DNA from: Eledone cirrhosa
Taxonomy: Eukaryota
Length of the DNA: 64,000 nucleotides
Direction of reading: 5' to 3'
Assembly (NCBI GenBank): GCA_964016885.1
Contig: OZ024740.1
Location: 370,574,001 to 370,638,000 of the forward strand
The notes below the pieces were generated by a model. It saw only the letters and a list, made by a program, of their open reading frames with translations. It was not told where the DNA came from and did not search any database. The position numbers and the translations under genes are program-made. Below are positions 46,503 to 60,422 of the stretch, piece after piece. Position 1 is the first letter of the stretch. The number at the start of each line of letters is the position of its first letter.

Positions 46503-47480
46503 GATCGAGTATCGAAAAATCGGCGCACGAGTTCACGATAAACGAGATTCGACATGAGCGGCAGAGGGCTCAATAATTCAGATGAATCAGAGCTATAACT
46601 ATCGTTAAAATACCGTCACATATAGAACAAGTCTACAATCAACCATACGATATAAAATCGATAAAGGAAGATTCGGGACAAACAGATAAAAAATATCAAT
46701 AAAACAATACGTCAATAATTTAAATGAATGTAAAATCATACCCGGACCCACTAGACAGGTGTTAAATCTAGCTTCATGGGTTTCTGTAAATCCTTAGACT
46801 GTACTCTATCAGCTCACATATAAATATAAAAGCCTACTAGAGCAAGCGGAACGGAGTTTTACTTTCTCAACGAGCTTTTTTCCTGGCGGTAGAGGAGCTA
46901 ACTACCAGTGAAAAACGCACATGGCATTAGACAAGGGAGATAACCCCTATATCCGCGAAAACAATTCGAGTGAATGTGGAAATACACATATCGAATTAGA
47001 GTGCTCAATAGACATGTTAAAATAAAACAAAAGCTATTCATCACTCAATAGAATCGACAAAAAATGAGCAATAAAATTAACTGGTGGATAGCTAAGTCCA
47101 GAGCTAAATATATTAGAAAGATCGAGTATCGAAAAATCGGCGCACGAGTTCACGATAAACGAGATTCGACATGAGCGGCAGAGGGCTCAATAATTCAGAT
47201 GAATCAGAGCTATAACTATCGTTAAAATACCGTCACATATAGAACAAGTCTACAATCAACCATACGATATAAAATCGATAAAGGAAGATTCGGGACAAAC
47301 AGATAAAAAATATCAATAAAACAATACGTCAATAATTTAAATGAATGTAAAATCATACCCGGACCCACTAGACAGGTGTTAAATCTAGCTTCATGGGTTT
47401 CTGTAAATCCTTAGACTGTACTCTATCAGCTCACATATAAATATAAAAGCCTACTAGAGCAAGCGGAACGGAGTTTTACT

Positions 47481-47481
<1 letters not shown>
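46491..47481. mobile_element. Partial tandem element (617 bp unit, about 1.6 copies) between (TA)n tracts
   Basis: 46491-46864 is essentially identical to about 47108-47481. Confidence 0.8.
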
Positions 47482-47571
<90 letters not shown>

Positions 47572-47576
<5 letters not shown>

Positions 47577-48540
47577 TATGTATACGTACATACATATATG
47601 TATACAGACGTACAGTAGTATGTATATATATATATACATACATGCACACATATATATATATACACGTATCGGTTTACCGAACATTTATTATAATGCTCGG
47701 TTTGTTTGTTTGTAAACAGACAAACAGCCCGAATTACGCCGTACAGTGTTTAGGCACCCACGTCACCTTTTTGTTCAACACTGACACAGGAACGATGTAC
47801 TAGTTTCAAGCTTATTAGCTATCGTCAGCATTGTATACCTTCCTGCCAGATGGTTGAACGTCTGAAAGTATATACTTTCCTTATGCATATTAACGGCTGA
47901 GCAGCCTAATTTGCATATCGAGTGAGTTCAGTCGGCCGGGCGCACCGAAAACGATAAATGGAATAGAATGAAACAAAATTTCGTTTCTCACTCTTAGTAC
48001 CAGCACTTACTTAAATGTAAGTATGTATGTATACGTACATACATATATGTATAAAGACGTACAGTAGTATGTATATATATATATGCACACATATATATAT
48101 GCACGTATCGGTTTACCGAACATTTATTATAATGCTCGGTTTGTTTGTTTGTAAACAGACAAACAGCCCGTACAGTGTTTAGGCAACCACGTCACCTTTC
48201 TGTTCAACACTGACACAGGAACGTTGTACTAGTTTCAAGCTTATTAGCTATCGTCAGCATCGTAAGAGTGAGAAATGAAATTTCGTTTGATTCTATTCCA
48301 TTTATCGTTTTCGGTGTGCCCGGCCGATTGAACTCACTCGATATGCAAATTAGGCTGCTCAGCCATTAATATGCATAAGGAAAGTATATGCTTTCAGACG
48401 TTCAACCATCTGGCAGGAAGGTATACGATGCTGACGATAGCTAATAAGCTTGAAACTAGTACATCGTTCCTGTGTCAGTTTTGAACAAAAAGGTGATGTG
48501 GTTGCATACATATATACATACATACTTACATTTAAGGAAG
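47572..48540 (-). mobile_element. Family A hammerhead element: tandem plus inverted copies with three ribozymes
   Basis: Homologous to 820-1725; hammerheads at 47792-47834 (-), 48221-48263 (-) and 48425-48467 (+). Confidence 0.85.
48425..48467 (+). ncRNA. Minimal hammerhead ribozyme
   Basis: acgatg CTGACGA tagct-aata-agctt GAAA ctag TA catcgt. Confidence 0.88.
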
Positions 48541-48591
48541 ACCTGATGAATTCTCCCGAATGAAACAGTTCTAGTCCTGTAGAAGCCATTT

Positions 48592-48673
<82 letters not shown>

Positions 48674-48718
48674 CATATATAATTATACATATATACATAT
48701 ATATACATACATATATAC

Positions 48719-49245
48719 ATGATGGCTGCCCCCTCGTTATCGAGTATGGCCATTGCACGATATACCATTATTAATAATTATTAATTAATTTTATCGTGCA
48801 ATGCCTGTGCATGAAGATATTTTTTAAAGTGAGGAAAGACTGTGCACTGAGCCAAACCCACTCCCTGAGCGACAGTAGCTATAACCCAAAAAGAAGAAAA
48901 GATCAACATCATCGGTAACTACTGAGCCGCACGTTTTATATCGGAGTTATCCCAGTTTCCTGAGTTGCCTTCTCCTAGAATAATGCCCTGACGAAGGTTA
49001 GGGGTCCTTCACTCCCATTGGTTTAACCGCGCGGTACATACATATTACACACTTTCGGATGGCCGTTGACTCTTATGAGTTCTTCCGCCCTTTGTCAGGT
49101 TTTGTTTCTTGTCCTGCAGGGTGTCCAAAATCACCCTCCTCACCAAGTAAACTTGGTGGAGTTGCCGGTTTAGTCGCCGACAACCCGACCAAGCGACAGG
49201 TTGTACTGGGTTACATGTTACCAGTAGCACCCAAGAGTGACGCGA
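48719..49245 (-). mobile_element. Bipartite non-autonomous RTE-derived element, diverged subfamily
   Basis: 5' part with ctaggagaaggcaactc; 3' stem-loop ggccatactcgataacgagggggcagccatc; ATGT-like tail. Confidence 0.7.
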
Positions 49246-49277
49246 CATAATACACATATATATATATATATACATAC

Positions 49278-49685
49278 AAAGAAGGAAATGTGGTAAGGAA
49301 CCAGGTGGACCATAACGCACCAAAGTACTCAATACTTAGGGTAGTAGAGTGGGTAATAGGAACGAATAGGACCCCGACGGCTGAGCTCAAGCCGTTTCGA
49401 CGGCTAATTCTGGACTAATTTTAGTCCAGAATTAGCCGTTGAAACGGCTTGAGCTCAGCCGTCGGGGTCCTACTCGTTCCTATATACATATATATATATA
49501 ACGAAGGAAGTGTGGTAAAGAACCAGATGGACCATAACGCACCAGAGTACTCAATACTTAGGGTAGTAGAGTGGGTAATAGGAAAATGTTTAACCCCGAC
49601 GGCACAGCTCAAGCCGTTTCGACGGCTATTCCACAAATAGCCGTCGAAATGGGTTGAGCTCTGCCGTCGGGGATAAACACTTTCC

Positions 49686-49690
<5 letters not shown>
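49278..49690 (-). mobile_element. Two family C fold-back elements
   Basis: 49278-49482 and 49501-49690, each with the conserved tail plus palindrome. Confidence 0.85.
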
Positions 49691-49739
<49 letters not shown>

Positions 49740-50119
49740 AACAGGCAAAACTCCAGAGTAACAAGACTCACAATTTAGCTTTAATATAATTGTTTCTACT
49801 TTAGGCACAAGGCCAGCAAATACCCAGTGCATTACTGGTACTTAATTTAGCTTTAATATAATGAATATATATAGAGAATTTTACAAAATTATTATTTAAA
49901 ACGTCATATTCCAGAAAAGTGGGAATAACGTATATTGCATAACACTGACACGTGTTTCATCGTATGTGTTTCATATTAGTCTAGGATCGCTAATAGTTGA
50001 CTATTTCAATCAAATTAAATCGAATCCAACTAATTTCAAATTAGACAGTTGAGTAAAACACTACTGTAAGTGGCTTCTGATTTTTGTACTTAATCAAAAT
50101 AATTGATTATACTAACGGA

Positions 50120-50310
<191 letters not shown>

Positions 50311-51410
50311 CCACTCCCAGGCGTGAAACTAAAAACCATATACCATTTGTACTGCCTCTCTGTTTTTTTGTCTGTGTTTATTTATTCAACTATATATTGG
50401 TGTTATGACAATACTATACATCATTTTACCTCTTTTATTATTGATGTTATTGATGTTCTTTTGAGAGAATCGTTTTTGCAAATGACTGAAAATATCGAAT
50501 AATGTACACCATTTTTACCAGTATCACAAAATACTGGGCCATCCACACACACACACACATACACACACACGTACACACACATACACACGCGTACATTAAC
50601 ATACAAACATACACACACACACACTTCTCTGTGTAAGACAAGAGCTGAAAAATATGTTTCAACATGTTAAAATCCCCCCCCCCTCACATACACACACACA
50701 CACATACACACACGTACACACACATTCCTATTGACCGATTCATTGCCTCTACCACGAACCACTCTGCTACACACACACACACACACACACTCACACATAT
50801 TTGTCTTAATAGACACCTGAACTGTTGACCTTTCAACATGACTGCAACTCACACACACATCCCTACTGACCATTATCACAACAATGAACCTATTTACTAC
50901 ACACACACACACACACACACACATATTTATCTTAATAGACATGTTTTTCAGTGATTTCTCAACATGACTGCAACTCAATCAAGCGGAAAAGGACACTCTT
51001 CGACAAACCTATATTTGGCGCCAAACCAGTTCGCGCTAAAATCAATTTTAACATTCACGTGACTTCTACCGACCAATCAAAATTGTTTTGATACAAGAAA
51101 TTTTGCAACACGTATTGGCGCGAAATTTATAGTACTTATTCACGTGAATTCACAACCAACCAAATCTTAATACCTCTGGAGCCACTTTTTTCACATAAAA
51201 CAGAAAGAATTTACAAAACTGATCAGATTAGAGCAAACATCACGTGCGCTCTATCTCAAAATTATTTTTGAAAAGCATTAGAAATGCGCAACCGGGAAAC
51301 ACTTAAAACTAAAACTGAATACTAACCAATATTTATTACTAATTTATACTTATTCCTAATTAAACTATTTTTCACTGGGAAAAATTGTCAGCATTTTCTT
51401 TTCCTTTTTA

Positions 51411-51518
<108 letters not shown>

Positions 51519-51949
51519 GATGTGTGTGTGTGTGTGTGTGTGTGTCTGTGAGTGTATATATATATTGAAGAATTATTCAACGTGGATATAACTACAGTTT
51601 TTTAATGTAAAATGAAGGATGTGTAAACACATTTTCATATTATTCTTTCTCTTTGAAAAATAAACAAACATAAGAGATTATCTTTACACATTTCAATAAT
51701 CTTTGAAATACATAAATATAACCTCATGTTTCTTCTGATTAGAGAGGAAATAGTAGAAAATTTGTTTATACTTCATTTTTATCACAGCGAGACGTATAAT
51801 TAAAAACCATTAATAATATCTATATTAAATTGATCTCTTAAATATTCTAATATATGCTCTTTTCTGCACATAGATACGAACATACATACATACATACATA
51901 CATACATACATACATACATACATACATACATACATACATACATACATAC

Positions 51950-52563
51950 ATGGTGGCTGCCAACTCGTTTTCGAGTACGGCCACTAATTTATATCCATGT
52001 AGGAGAACCCCTACCAATGCGCTGAACGAGTGTGACTTTTTAGTCCAGCCAGCGACTTGAAAACTCTGGTACAAACACTACACTTGTGACAATTATTGAC
52101 ACATAGTGCTGGGCCCATGGTACCATGTGACGACAAGTGCAGAGAGATCTCCAGATATAAAGCAATGCCTGTGCTGTGAAGCTTTTATAGTGAGCAAAGG
52201 CACTGCACAAAGCCAGTCCCACTCTCTTAACCAAGATGATATTTACCAAAAAGAAGAACAATTCAACATCATTGGATACCATCAGGGTTGCAGGTGTTAT
52301 ATCAGAGTTTTCCTTCTCCTAGAATTCTGCCTTGACAAAGGCTAAGGGGTCATCTCTCCCGGTGATTTTGGATGGCTATTGACTCTTAAGAGCCCCTTTG
52401 CCTTTTGACAGGTTTTGTTTTTAGTCCTTCAGGATGTCCAAAGCCACCCTCCTCACCAAGAAACCTTGGTGGGGTTGCCAGTTTAGTCGCCAACGACCCG
52501 ACCATGAGACAGGTTGTACTGGGATACATGTTACCAATAGCACCAACTGGTGACCTGACACAA
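51950..52563 (-). mobile_element. Bipartite non-autonomous RTE-derived element, full-length (about 610 bp), (ATGT)n tail
   Basis: Structured 5' end, ttctaggagaaggaaaactctga motif, 3' stem-loop gtactcgaaaacgagttggcagccacc; (TACA)n on both sides. Confidence 0.8.
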
Positions 52564-52613
52564 CATACATACATACATACATACATACATACATACATAC
52601 ATACATACATACA

Positions 52614-52645
<32 letters not shown>

Positions 52646-52646
52646 C

Positions 52647-53017
52647 ATGGTGGCTGCCAACTCGTTTTCGAGTACGGCCACTATTTTATATCCATGTAGG
52701 AGAACCCCTACCGATGCGCTGAACGAGTGTGACTTTTTAGTCCAGCCAGCGACTTGAAAACTCTGCTACAAACACTACACCTGTGACAATTATTGTCACA
52801 TAGTGCTGGGCCCATGATACCATGTGACGACAAGTGCAGAGAGATCTCCAGATATAAAGCAATGCCTGTGCCGTAAAGCTTTTATAATGAGCAAGATGAT
52901 ATTTACCAAAAAGAAGAACAAGTCAACATCATTGGATACCATCAGGGTTGCAGGTGTTATATCAGAGTTTTCCGTCTCCTAGAATTCTGCCTTGACAAAA
53001 GCTAAGGGGTCATCTCT
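52647..53017 (-). mobile_element. Same non-autonomous family, 5'-truncated
   Basis: Near-identical to 51950-52357 with a short internal deletion. Confidence 0.85.
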
Positions 53018-53259
53018 CATACATACATACCTACATACCTACCTACATACCTACCTACCTACATACATACATACATACATACATACATACATACATACAT
53101 ACATACATACATACATACATACATACATACATACATACATACATACATACATACATACATACATGATGGCTGCCCCCTCGTTATCGAGTATGGCCATTGC
53201 ACGAGGAGAAAACAAAATAATAATAAATAAATAAAAAATAAAATAAAATAAAAAAAAGA

Positions 53260-53319
<60 letters not shown>

Positions 53320-53430
53320 TACATACATACATACACATATATATATATATACATACACACATATTCATTAATAACAATAATAATAATAATAATAACGACA
53401 ATAATAATAACGACAACAACAACAATAATA

Positions 53431-53463
<33 letters not shown>

Positions 53464-53516
53464 CACACACATAAACATATCTATACACACACACACACAC
53501 ACACACACGATAGCAA

Positions 53517-54600
53517 CTAACAGCGCTGCGATCGAATGTGACTTTTTAGCCGAGCCAATGATCTAAAATGTCTTGCACAGAGTCGGCAACCAAAACATTC
53601 ACTGGGAATAACCGGCTGTGGTTGGAGTTCGTGTACTTTTGCATGCCGCTTGAGCCCTCTTGCTGATCTACATTCTCTACCACATGTTTGGCAAGCATGA
53701 TGAGTAGCATCTCCAACAGCAGCCTGGTAGTCAACCACTGGTCTTACTTTATGACTGCGAAGATGACTTTCGAGTCCAGCTTTGCTTAGGCAGAGTCTCG
53801 CACAGACGCTGCATGTCAGCACCATAGGAGGACCCTCGCCGTCTGGAAGTGCAACAGCGATGCCCTTCCTCACATCCCGCTTTACTTTCTCATATGCGAT
53901 TCGAGATGCCTCAAAGGCAACTTTTCCCTCATATACAGTCTTTCTCCATTTATTACGATCAGCAGCAATATTTTCCCATGTATCAGCAGAGATGTTAGCG
54001 TCTTTCAAACAGGCTTTCTAGGAATCCTTATACCTCTTTTTTGGTTTATGTGGCGGTCGTTTTCCTTTAACCAACTCTCCATAAAAGAGTTGTTTTGGTA
54101 TTCTAGAATCCTTCATCTTGGCAAGGTGACCACTCCAACAGAGTCGTTTCTTAAGCACAAGAGCTTCTATACTGTCACACATAGAGCTTTCCAAAATCTC
54201 GACATCACTGATGTAGTCCCTCCAGTGAACGCCATGGATCCGTCTGAGACACATCTGATGGAAACGCTCCAATTTCTTAAGGTGGTGTCGATATGTGACC
54301 CAGGTCTCGCAGGCATAAAGAAGACAAGAGAGCACACATGCCTTGTACACCTTTACCTTTGTCCTCCTGCATATGTCTCGCCGACCCCAGAGTCGCCTTT
54401 CTAGCTTTCCGAAAGCATCACTTGCTTTCCTAATCCTAAGTGAGATTTCACTGTCAAGGTTGCTGTATCGATTGACAGTGCTTCCCAGGTAGACAAACTG
54501 ATCAACAACTCCAAGTCGTTTACCATACACATAGATATTTGGTTCAGTGTACTGCTTACCAGGGGCAGGTTGGTACATGACGACGGTTTTCCTGAGACTG
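53517..54600 (-). mobile_element. RTE-clade LINE 3' fragment (RT C-terminus plus three C2H2 zinc fingers)
   Basis: KTVVMYQPAPG, FVYLGS, LLYACETW, FHQMCLRRI, RLCWSGHLAKM..SRIPKQLFYGEL..GKR; CSVC..H..H, CQTC..H..H, CRLC..H; one in-frame stop at 54018-54020. Confidence 0.92.
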
Positions 54601-54693
54601 ACATACATACATACATACATACATACATACATACATACATACATACATACATACATACATACATACATACATACATACATACATACATACATA

Positions 54694-55097
54694 CATGGTG
54701 GCTGCCAACTCGTTTTCGAGTACGGCCACTACTTTATATCCATGTAGGAGAACTCCTACCAATGCGCTGAACGACTGTGACTTTTTAGTCCAGCCGGCGA
54801 CTTGAAAACTCTGGTACAAACACTACACTTGTGACAACTATTGACACATAGTGCTGGGCCCATGGTACCATGTGACGACAAGTGCAGAGAGATCTCCAGA
54901 TATAAAGCAATGCCTGTGTCGTGAAGCTTTTATAGTGAGCAAAGGCACTGCACAAAGCCAGTCCCACTCTCTTAACCAAGATGATATTTACCAAAAAGAA
55001 GAACAAGTCAACATCATTGGATACCATCAGGGTTGCAGGTGTTATATCAGAGTTTTCCTTCTCCTAGAATTCTGCCTTGACAAAGGCTAAGGGGTCA
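54694..55097 (-). mobile_element. Same non-autonomous RTE-derived family, 5'-truncated
   Basis: Near-identical to 51950-52352. Confidence 0.85.
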
Positions 55098-55160
55098 TAC
55101 ATACATACATACATACATACATACATACATACATACATACATACATACATACATACATAC

Positions 55161-58100
55161 AATGGCGACCGTTGTGGTCAGTGTCCGATAATCGGACGTG
55201 TGTAATTACGGCTTACATGAAGGCAACATACCATATATTGGAAAAAGTTGAGCTACATTACGCGGTAAGATTACATACAATAATTCTACATAAGTGTTTG
55301 AACTATAAGTGTGTTGGAAAACACCTATTTATATGAACGATACATACACTTATGATATATGAACGATACATATACTTTAACATATAAATGCAACGTTGTT
55401 ATATTACATTTATAAAGAAATATACAAGTAACGTTTTCGATTCAGAAACAAAAACATAAGTGTTTGAACTGTGAATATGTTGTGAATAAGTTGTAGAACA
55501 CCTATTTATGTGAACATACATAAACTTTAACATATAAATACAGCGTTGTTATATTATATTACCTTCATAAAGGAATATACTAAGTAACGGTTCTTTTTGT
55601 TCTCGATTCAAACGATTCAAGAACAACGTTTAAAACACAGTTGTAGAATTAAAAACTAACTGAAAAGAAATATTACCCAAGCTGTGAATAACTTTAAATT
55701 TGATTCTGACAGAACTTTGTCGAAACTTTTAAAGAAGATCATCGACTATTTTGAAAAATAAATACGAAATATTAGTGAATAGACGAACTCATCATGGCAA
55801 AAAGTACAAGTCTCCTTCGACCAAATCGCAACTACAACCGTTGTATACAATGGAGCTACGAGCTTAAAAAAGTATTATATGAAGCATACAAACAATCTGA
55901 ACCCCAAAAGTTCGGTTTTATGCAAAGGCTAAAAACTTTATGGAACTCCAAACACCCAGAATTAGACTTTTCTCCAAAGCATTTAAATGAACAGGCAAAA
56001 CGTATCATTAGATGTAAATTGATACATCTAACGGAATTGAGTGATACTACAAATACAGCCCTTGTAGACAACCACCCCACCTCCACTGACAGACAAAGAG
56101 AATGGCCAGCTAAATCTAACAGTGAACAGCTCACCAACAATTTTGCTGAAATCCATCCCACTTCCACTGAAGAACAGCGAGAAAGGTCAGCTAACTCTAG
56201 TAGTAATTGTCACCACATCAACAACGAGGCTGAAATTCATGACTCTACTGAACAAACAGAGCACCAAAAACTTGTGGACACCCTACAAGTGATATGGAAC
56301 GATATGTTTCAAGAGATACACAGCATTAATGTCAGTAAAGAACCCACTAATTTGGAATTAGAAGCGGTGAACGAAATAGCTGGCTATTATCTGAAGGCTA
56401 TGATCTAAAGGTGTAGAAACGACATTTGAAACGCTTAATGTTTTGTTATATGTTTCAGCTGTCACATTGCTATCATATAACACACATCTAAAACCACGCA
56501 ATCAAGATACAAACAGAAAGCCTGAACCAGCGGGGATACGAAATTTAAAAACCAAAATTTTGTCCCTGAGACGAAGTATCTCACACATCGCAGTTGTTAT
56601 GAAATGCAACATAGAGAGCAACTTCACACGACACCAGGAAGACCTAAAGAAAAGGTTAGAGAGACGATTTGGAGATACAAAATTTATAACTTTGAACTCC
56701 AAATTACACCAGTTGAAACAACAACTCACAGCTACAACAGAAAGACTAAAATATAAGTCAACAGCACATAAATGACAAGTGCTAAATAGATTGTTTGCCA
56801 GAGATCCTAAATCAGTTTATCGCAGCTTCGGTGGCAAAAGCTCAATCCCTGTAAACGATACCCCTTCAAAAGAACAGGTTGAGAGCTACTGGAGATCTGT
56901 ATGGGAAACGGGTGACGGATTCAACAGACAAGCTAATTGGCTAAAAGAACTGAAACAGGACTACTGCCAACATGTCCAGATAAAACAATATGACATAGAT
57001 GGGTCAATACTGGAAACAGCTCTACAGAAAATGTCGAATAAGAAATCGCCAGGCCCAGACCTCATTACAGGATACTGGTTGAAGAATTTCACTTTCTATC
57101 GGCAAGATCTCATACGGCTGTTTACAGAAACCATTAAGGGCACACAAGAACTGCCCAGATGGTTATCAACTGCCACTACTCTCCTCATTCCCAAAAATAG
57201 CCAAACCACCCTTGCTACAAATTACCGCCCAATAGCCTGCCAAAACATCATGTATAAATTATATACTGGGTGCCTTAACCTGTTCTTACAGGATCACTGT
57301 GCTACCAACAACATCATAACACCTGAGCAAGCTGGTGGAAAGAGGGAGGTGTGGGGTTGCATAGATCACCTACTAACCTACAAAATGATTCAGGAAAAAA
57401 CAACAAAGAATCGCAGAAACATGACTGTGGTGTGGCTGGACTATCAAAAAGCATTTGATAGTGAACCTCATGGGTGGATTGTTAAGGCTTTACAGTTAGC
57501 TAAAGTCCCACAACCATTGGTAGCTGCTGTTGAACGCCTGACCAAGAACTGGTACACCAATTTGATCCTTAGAGATGAGAAGGTGCAAGTTAAGACTGAT
57601 AAGATACATTACCAGAAGGGCATCTTTCAGGGTGATAGCTTGTCAGTGCTACTCTTCGTTCTCTCACTGAATCCACTATCTTACCTACTCAGGAAACAAG
57701 GTGGACAAAGAAGTGGGCCCAGAAGTATCTCCCATCTTTTCTTTGTTGATGACCTGAAGTTGTATGGGCCAAATATCAATGACATGAAGAAACAATTGGA
57801 CTTCATTACACAATTTTCAACCGACATCAAAATGAAATTTGGTGAGTCCAAGTGTGCATATTTGGTAGTAAAACGTGGAAGAGCTGTGCCCTCCTCTAGA
57901 AATCTAGAGATGAACGGCCTGACAATACAACCTCTGCAGTCAGGTGACAACTGCAGATATCTTGGACAGGATGAGAATGTCAGATATGATGGACCCATAA
58001 ATAAGGAGAGAACCAGAACTGAATACCTCAGAAGAGTAAAGAAAATATGGTCATCAGAATTGTCAGCATACAACAAATACATTGCCCACAATACTTATGC

Positions 58101-59352
58101 TGTGCCAATTCTAACGCCAACATTTGGCCTGCTGAACTGGTCATTGCAAGAACTAAGTGAGATGGATGTTAGAACTCGAAAACTTCTCAGTGTTACTGGG
58201 AACTTTAACATCAATGGTGATGTGGATAGGCTATACTTCTCACGCAAGGAAGGTGGCCGGGGTCTAAAATCAATATTAATAACATATGAGACCCGGATAG
58301 TAACACTGAAGCAACACCTTCAACAGAGGAAAAAGGTTGGCAACCATCTTGCCCAGGTTTATGAGCATGAAAAAAAAATATCATTAGAATAGCGACTGAT
58401 CTGGAGGAGAGATATGGAATAAAGCCTGATATAAATCTCTCACCCAGAGAAATCGGAAGATCCTATTCAATGTTCAAACAAGATTAAAAAATTGACCAAT
58501 TTACAGAAAAAGTTGTGCATGGATACTTGAGGCGTAAAACAAAACCATAGAGGGGATAAACCACTCAAAAAGCCTGGCATGGAGTTCCGACAAGTTTATG
58601 ACATCACACCTTGAGGGATATCTCTATGCAATACAGGAACAAGAACTCCCTACCAAATATCTGCTGCACAAAAGAGGAGGGCCAGCAGCTGACAATAAAT
58701 GTAGGCTATGTAAAACAAAGATCGAGGATGTAAGCCACATTGTTGCCAGCTGCGAAAGAATGTCATCTCGCTACTACCTCCCCATGAGACACAATGGGAT
58801 AGCTAGAACCATCTGGAACGTACTTCGGAAAACAAAATTAACAACAAACGAGGAGGAATATATAGAGACAGATGGCACTAAGAAATACTGGTGGAACCTG
58901 AAAATAAAAACTGCCACCAAATTAAAGCACAACCGGCCTGATATTGTTGTTTGGGACCACACATTGAAAACGTGTTCTGTTGTGGAGATCAGCTGCCCAC
59001 TTGATGTAAACGTTGTCAGAAAAATACAGGAGAAGGAGGACATCTACGGACCATTGATGAGGAGTTTACAAATCCAGTATCCAAGATACACCTTTAGCTT
59101 CATACCCATCATTATTGGAGCTATGGATTATATACCAACCCGCTTAGACCAAAGTATGACTGAACTTGGATTTGCAAACAAAAAGCGCAGCTCCCTAATT
59201 CATAGTCTACAAATGGCTGCGATAGCTGGCATCTTCAAAATTTGCAAAACATTCTTGCGATTCAAGGGATGACAATTTCTTTTCTTTTACAACCTTGCCA
59301 CCAGGAAGGTGGCCGGTCAAAAGAATATACTCGAAATTAAGAGAAAGAGATA
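55161..59352 (+). mobile_element. R4/Dong-type RLE non-LTR element, third family, near full-length, flanked by (TACA)n
   Basis: ORF pieces 55794-56408, 56443-56775, 56779-58392 (WLDYQKAFDS, GIFQGDSLS, FFVDDLK) and 58598-59272 (CRLC..H..C, RHN, HNRPD..E.SCP); (TACA)n at 55098-55160 and 59353-59425. Confidence 0.92.
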
Positions 59353-59396
59353 TACATACATACATACATACATACATACATACATACATACATACA

Positions 59397-59427
<31 letters not shown>

Positions 59428-59533
59428 TCTTTATTATGCCTAAATGTTGAGTCTTGTTTCTCTGGAGCTTTACCTGTGTATTCACAGGATTTTCTGACGA
59501 AATTGATTATCCTATGAATTCACTGATGAAACA

Positions 59534-59603
<70 letters not shown>

Positions 59604-59691
59604 ACATGCACACACAGACACACGCAGTCACGTGCACACACAAACAAACACAAATACATACATACATACATACATACATACATACATACAT

Positions 59692-59724
<33 letters not shown>

Positions 59725-59727
59725 TAC

Positions 59728-60320
59728 ATGGTGGCTGCCAACTCGTTTTCGAGTACGGCCACTACTTTATATCCATGTAGGAGAACCCCTACTGATGCGC
59801 TGAACGAGTGTGACTTTTTAGTCCAGCCAGCGACTTGAAAACTCTGGTACAAACACTACACTTGTGACAATTATTGACACATAGTGCTGGGCCCATGGTA
59901 CCATGTGACGACAAGTGCAGAGAGATCTCCAGATATAAAGCAATCCGTGTGCCGTGAAGCTTTTATAATGAGCAAAGGCACTGCACAAAGCCAGTCCCAC
60001 TCTCTTAACCAAGATGATTTTACCAAAAAGAAGAACAAGTCAACATCATTGGATACCATCAGGGTTGCAGGTGTTATATCAGAGTTTTCCTTCTCCTAAA
60101 GTTCTGCCTTGACAAAGGCTAAGGGGTCATCTCTCCCGGTGATTTTGGATGACCATTGACTCTTAAGAGCTCCTTTGCCCTTTGACAGGTTTTGTTTTTA
60201 GTCCTGCAGGATGTCCAAAATCACCCTCCTCACCAAGAAACCTTGGTGGGGTTGCCAGTTTAGTCGCCAACGACCCGACCATGAGACAGGTTATACTGGG
60301 ATACATGTTACCAGTAGCAC
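59728..60320 (-). mobile_element. Bipartite non-autonomous RTE-derived element, near full-length
   Basis: Near-identical to 51950-52545; (TACA)n on both sides. Confidence 0.85.
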
Positions 60321-60422
60321 CATACATACATACATACATACATACATACATACATACATACATACATACATACATACATACATACATACATACATACATA
60401 CATACATACATACATACATACA

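Noticed and set aside
49940-49960. Minus-strand GAAA cacgtg TC half-hammerhead
   Set aside because: No recognisable CUGANGA half or stem I partner upstream
53517-54008. Host C2H2 zinc-finger gene
   Set aside because: In frame with and contiguous to the RTE reverse transcriptase remnant
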